Source: Candidatus Nitrospira kreftii
GTDB lineage: Bacteria; Nitrospirota; Nitrospiria; Nitrospirales; Nitrospiraceae
Direction of reading: 5' to 3'
NCBI GenBank assembly: GCA_014058405.1
Contig: CP047423.1
Span: forward strand, 2,565,777 to 2,629,776
DNA: 64,000 nt
The notes beneath the pieces are model-generated. The model saw nothing but the letters and a program-made list of their open reading frames with translations. It was not told the origin of the DNA and ran no database searches. Below are positions 62,887 to 64,000 of the stretch, piece after piece; the first letter of the stretch is position 1; every line of letters begins with the position of its first letter. The position numbers and the translations under genes were made by a program.

Positions 62887-63953
62887 AGCCCCTCCGAATG
62901 ACGAGATTGCCGAACTGTTTGCAGACTGTTCTTGAGAGATGCGGCTATGCGATTGACCAGCTGGTCGGCGGCGACGTCGAGTTCGGCCAGTGCAACCGTG
63001 GCACGATCATATTGCTTCAGCGCCGTCCAATGCTTGGCTGTTTGCAGATACGCCCATTCGGACTGACGAGCGTTCGGTTTCTTCTCTAGGACTGATTGAT
63101 AAGCGGCGATCGCCCGCTCGTGTCGATTCAACCGGGACAAGATATCGGCATAAGACAGCAGTATCCCGGCGGACTGTGTCGCACCAGATTTGAACGCTTC
63201 GTCAAATGCAAGCGCAGACTCATCAAGCTTCTCCAGCTCCTCCAAAGTCTTGGCCAGCTGCAGATACATGACAGGGCGCTCAGGATGAACCGGATGCCGT
63301 AAGAGCCATGTTCGGCAAAGGTGGAGAAGGCCTTGTAGATCACGCTGTTGCCGCATGGCGTTGATAAGAAGTTGTAGAACTTCTCCTTCGTATCTTCCGA
63401 TGGGAAACTGAAACCGATATCGCTCGAGTACTTTCCGGGCGGCCTCTGCATCCCGCTGATCTAAGTAGTTCTTTCCAAGTCCGACTAAAGCCGGCTCAAC
63501 CAACGCTGAGTCTTTCTGGACCTTGATCACCTGCTGAAGCAGTCGTACCGCTTCGGTAGTGAACCCCAGACGTCGATGGGATTCAGCGATCTCCAGCAGC
63601 ATCGGAGAACGCACGTACCATTGCTCAGCCATCGCTCCATGGCGATGAAACAAACTCACGACCGTCCAATCATCATGTGACGCGATCGCGGCCTCAATCC
63701 AGGGAATCAAGATCGCCGCTAGACGCTCCGACGCCTTCATGGCCCAGGATTCGCCTCCCTTCGCGACGCGAAAGGTGACTTCCTTGTAGGTACGGAGGGC
63801 GCGATGAAGATCGCTTGTCCTTTCGTACTCTTGCGCCAGGTAAAACAGCGCCTCGCTCCCTGTAGGATTATCACCTTCTCGAATCGCAATGTCCTCCATC
63901 AGGGTTCGATACGAAGCATCGGTCTGAATCGGAGCCGGCACGTTACGGATCAT
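62883..63953 (-). CDS. TPR-repeat protein
   Basis: 356 aa of repeated 34-aa helical hairpins ('ALFYLAQEYERTSDLHRALRTYKEV', 'AIAAYQSVLEKKPN'). It overlaps the kinase gene by 4 nt. Confidence 0.65.
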   Translation of the reverse strand: MIRNVPAPIQTDASYRTLMEDIAIREGDNPTGSEALFYLAQEYERTSDLHRALRTYKEVTFRVAKGGESWAMKASERLAAILIPWIEAAIASHDDWTVVSLFHRHGAMAEQWYVRSPMLLEIAESHRRLGFTTEAVRLLQQVIKVQKDSALVEPALVGLGKNYLDQRDAEAARKVLERYRFQFPIGRYEGEVLQLLINAMRQQRDLQGLLHLCRTWLLRHPVHPERPVMYLQLAKTLEELEKLDESALAFDEAFKSGATQSAGILLSYADILSRLNRHERAIAAYQSVLEKKPNARQSEWAYLQTAKHWTALKQYDRATVALAELDVAADQLVNRIAASLKNSLQTVRQSRHSEGL

Positions 63954-64000
63954 GGCCCCAACTGTTGGGCTCAGGATCTTCCCTTCGGCCGATAAGTTAT

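Noticed and set aside
63987-63994. Plus-strand GCCGATAA (sigma-28 -10 consensus) at the right edge
   Set aside because: There is no TAAA or TCAAG element at the required distance upstream, and any target gene would lie outside the window. A single 8-mer match is not enough.
1-64000. Search by eye for CRISPR arrays, tRNA/rRNA genes, transposases, integrases and IS inverted repeats
   Set aside because: I saw no regularly spaced direct repeats, tRNA-like T-arm/acceptor patterns, or DDE/tyrosine-recombinase-like ORFs. The only tandem repeat is the coding ankyrin array. A tRNAscan/Infernal/ISfinder run would be needed to make this negative result firm.

Overview
This 64-kb window comes from a diderm bacterium, since P-ring and L-ring genes are present. 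I cannot assign a taxon from sequence alone. About three quarters of the window is one flagellar supercluster, entirely on the minus strand. Its order follows the Bacillus fla/che layout: TPR-fleS-fleR | flgBC-fliEFGHIJ-motE/ylxF-like | [15.6-kb non-flagellar insertion] | fliK-flgDE | fliLMNOPQR-flhBA-flhFG-fliA | flgFG-flgA-flgH-orf90-flgI-flgJ(rod-binding only) | flgMN-flgKL-csrA-fliW. By eye I found three sigma-54-type promoters (GGCAT-N5-TTGC) and four sigma-28-type promoters (TCAAG/TAAA ... CCGATAA) in the expected intergenic positions. Left of the cluster lie two further units. One is a sigma-28-linked c-di-GMP module: a YcgR-like PilZ protein, an HD-GYP protein, and a PAS hybrid kinase with two REC domains and an Hpt domain. 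The other is a sugar-modification operon: an MT-GT-MT fusion, an SDR, a DegT aminotransferase and a GT-A transferase. The insertion (about 36.95-52.54 kb) holds an orphan SEDS (FtsW/RodA) paralogue and an extended TerY-P-like operon (two basic proteins, vWA, PP2C, kinase-TM-ankyrin, lipoprotein). It also holds a divergently transcribed orphan TraG/VirD4-type coupling ATPase, a DUF1566 protein and several orphan ORFs, three of which look frameshifted. The most notable items are the extended triad plus coupling-ATPase locus and a receiver-domain::FliH fusion. I recognised no rRNA, tRNA, CRISPR array, transposase or integrase.
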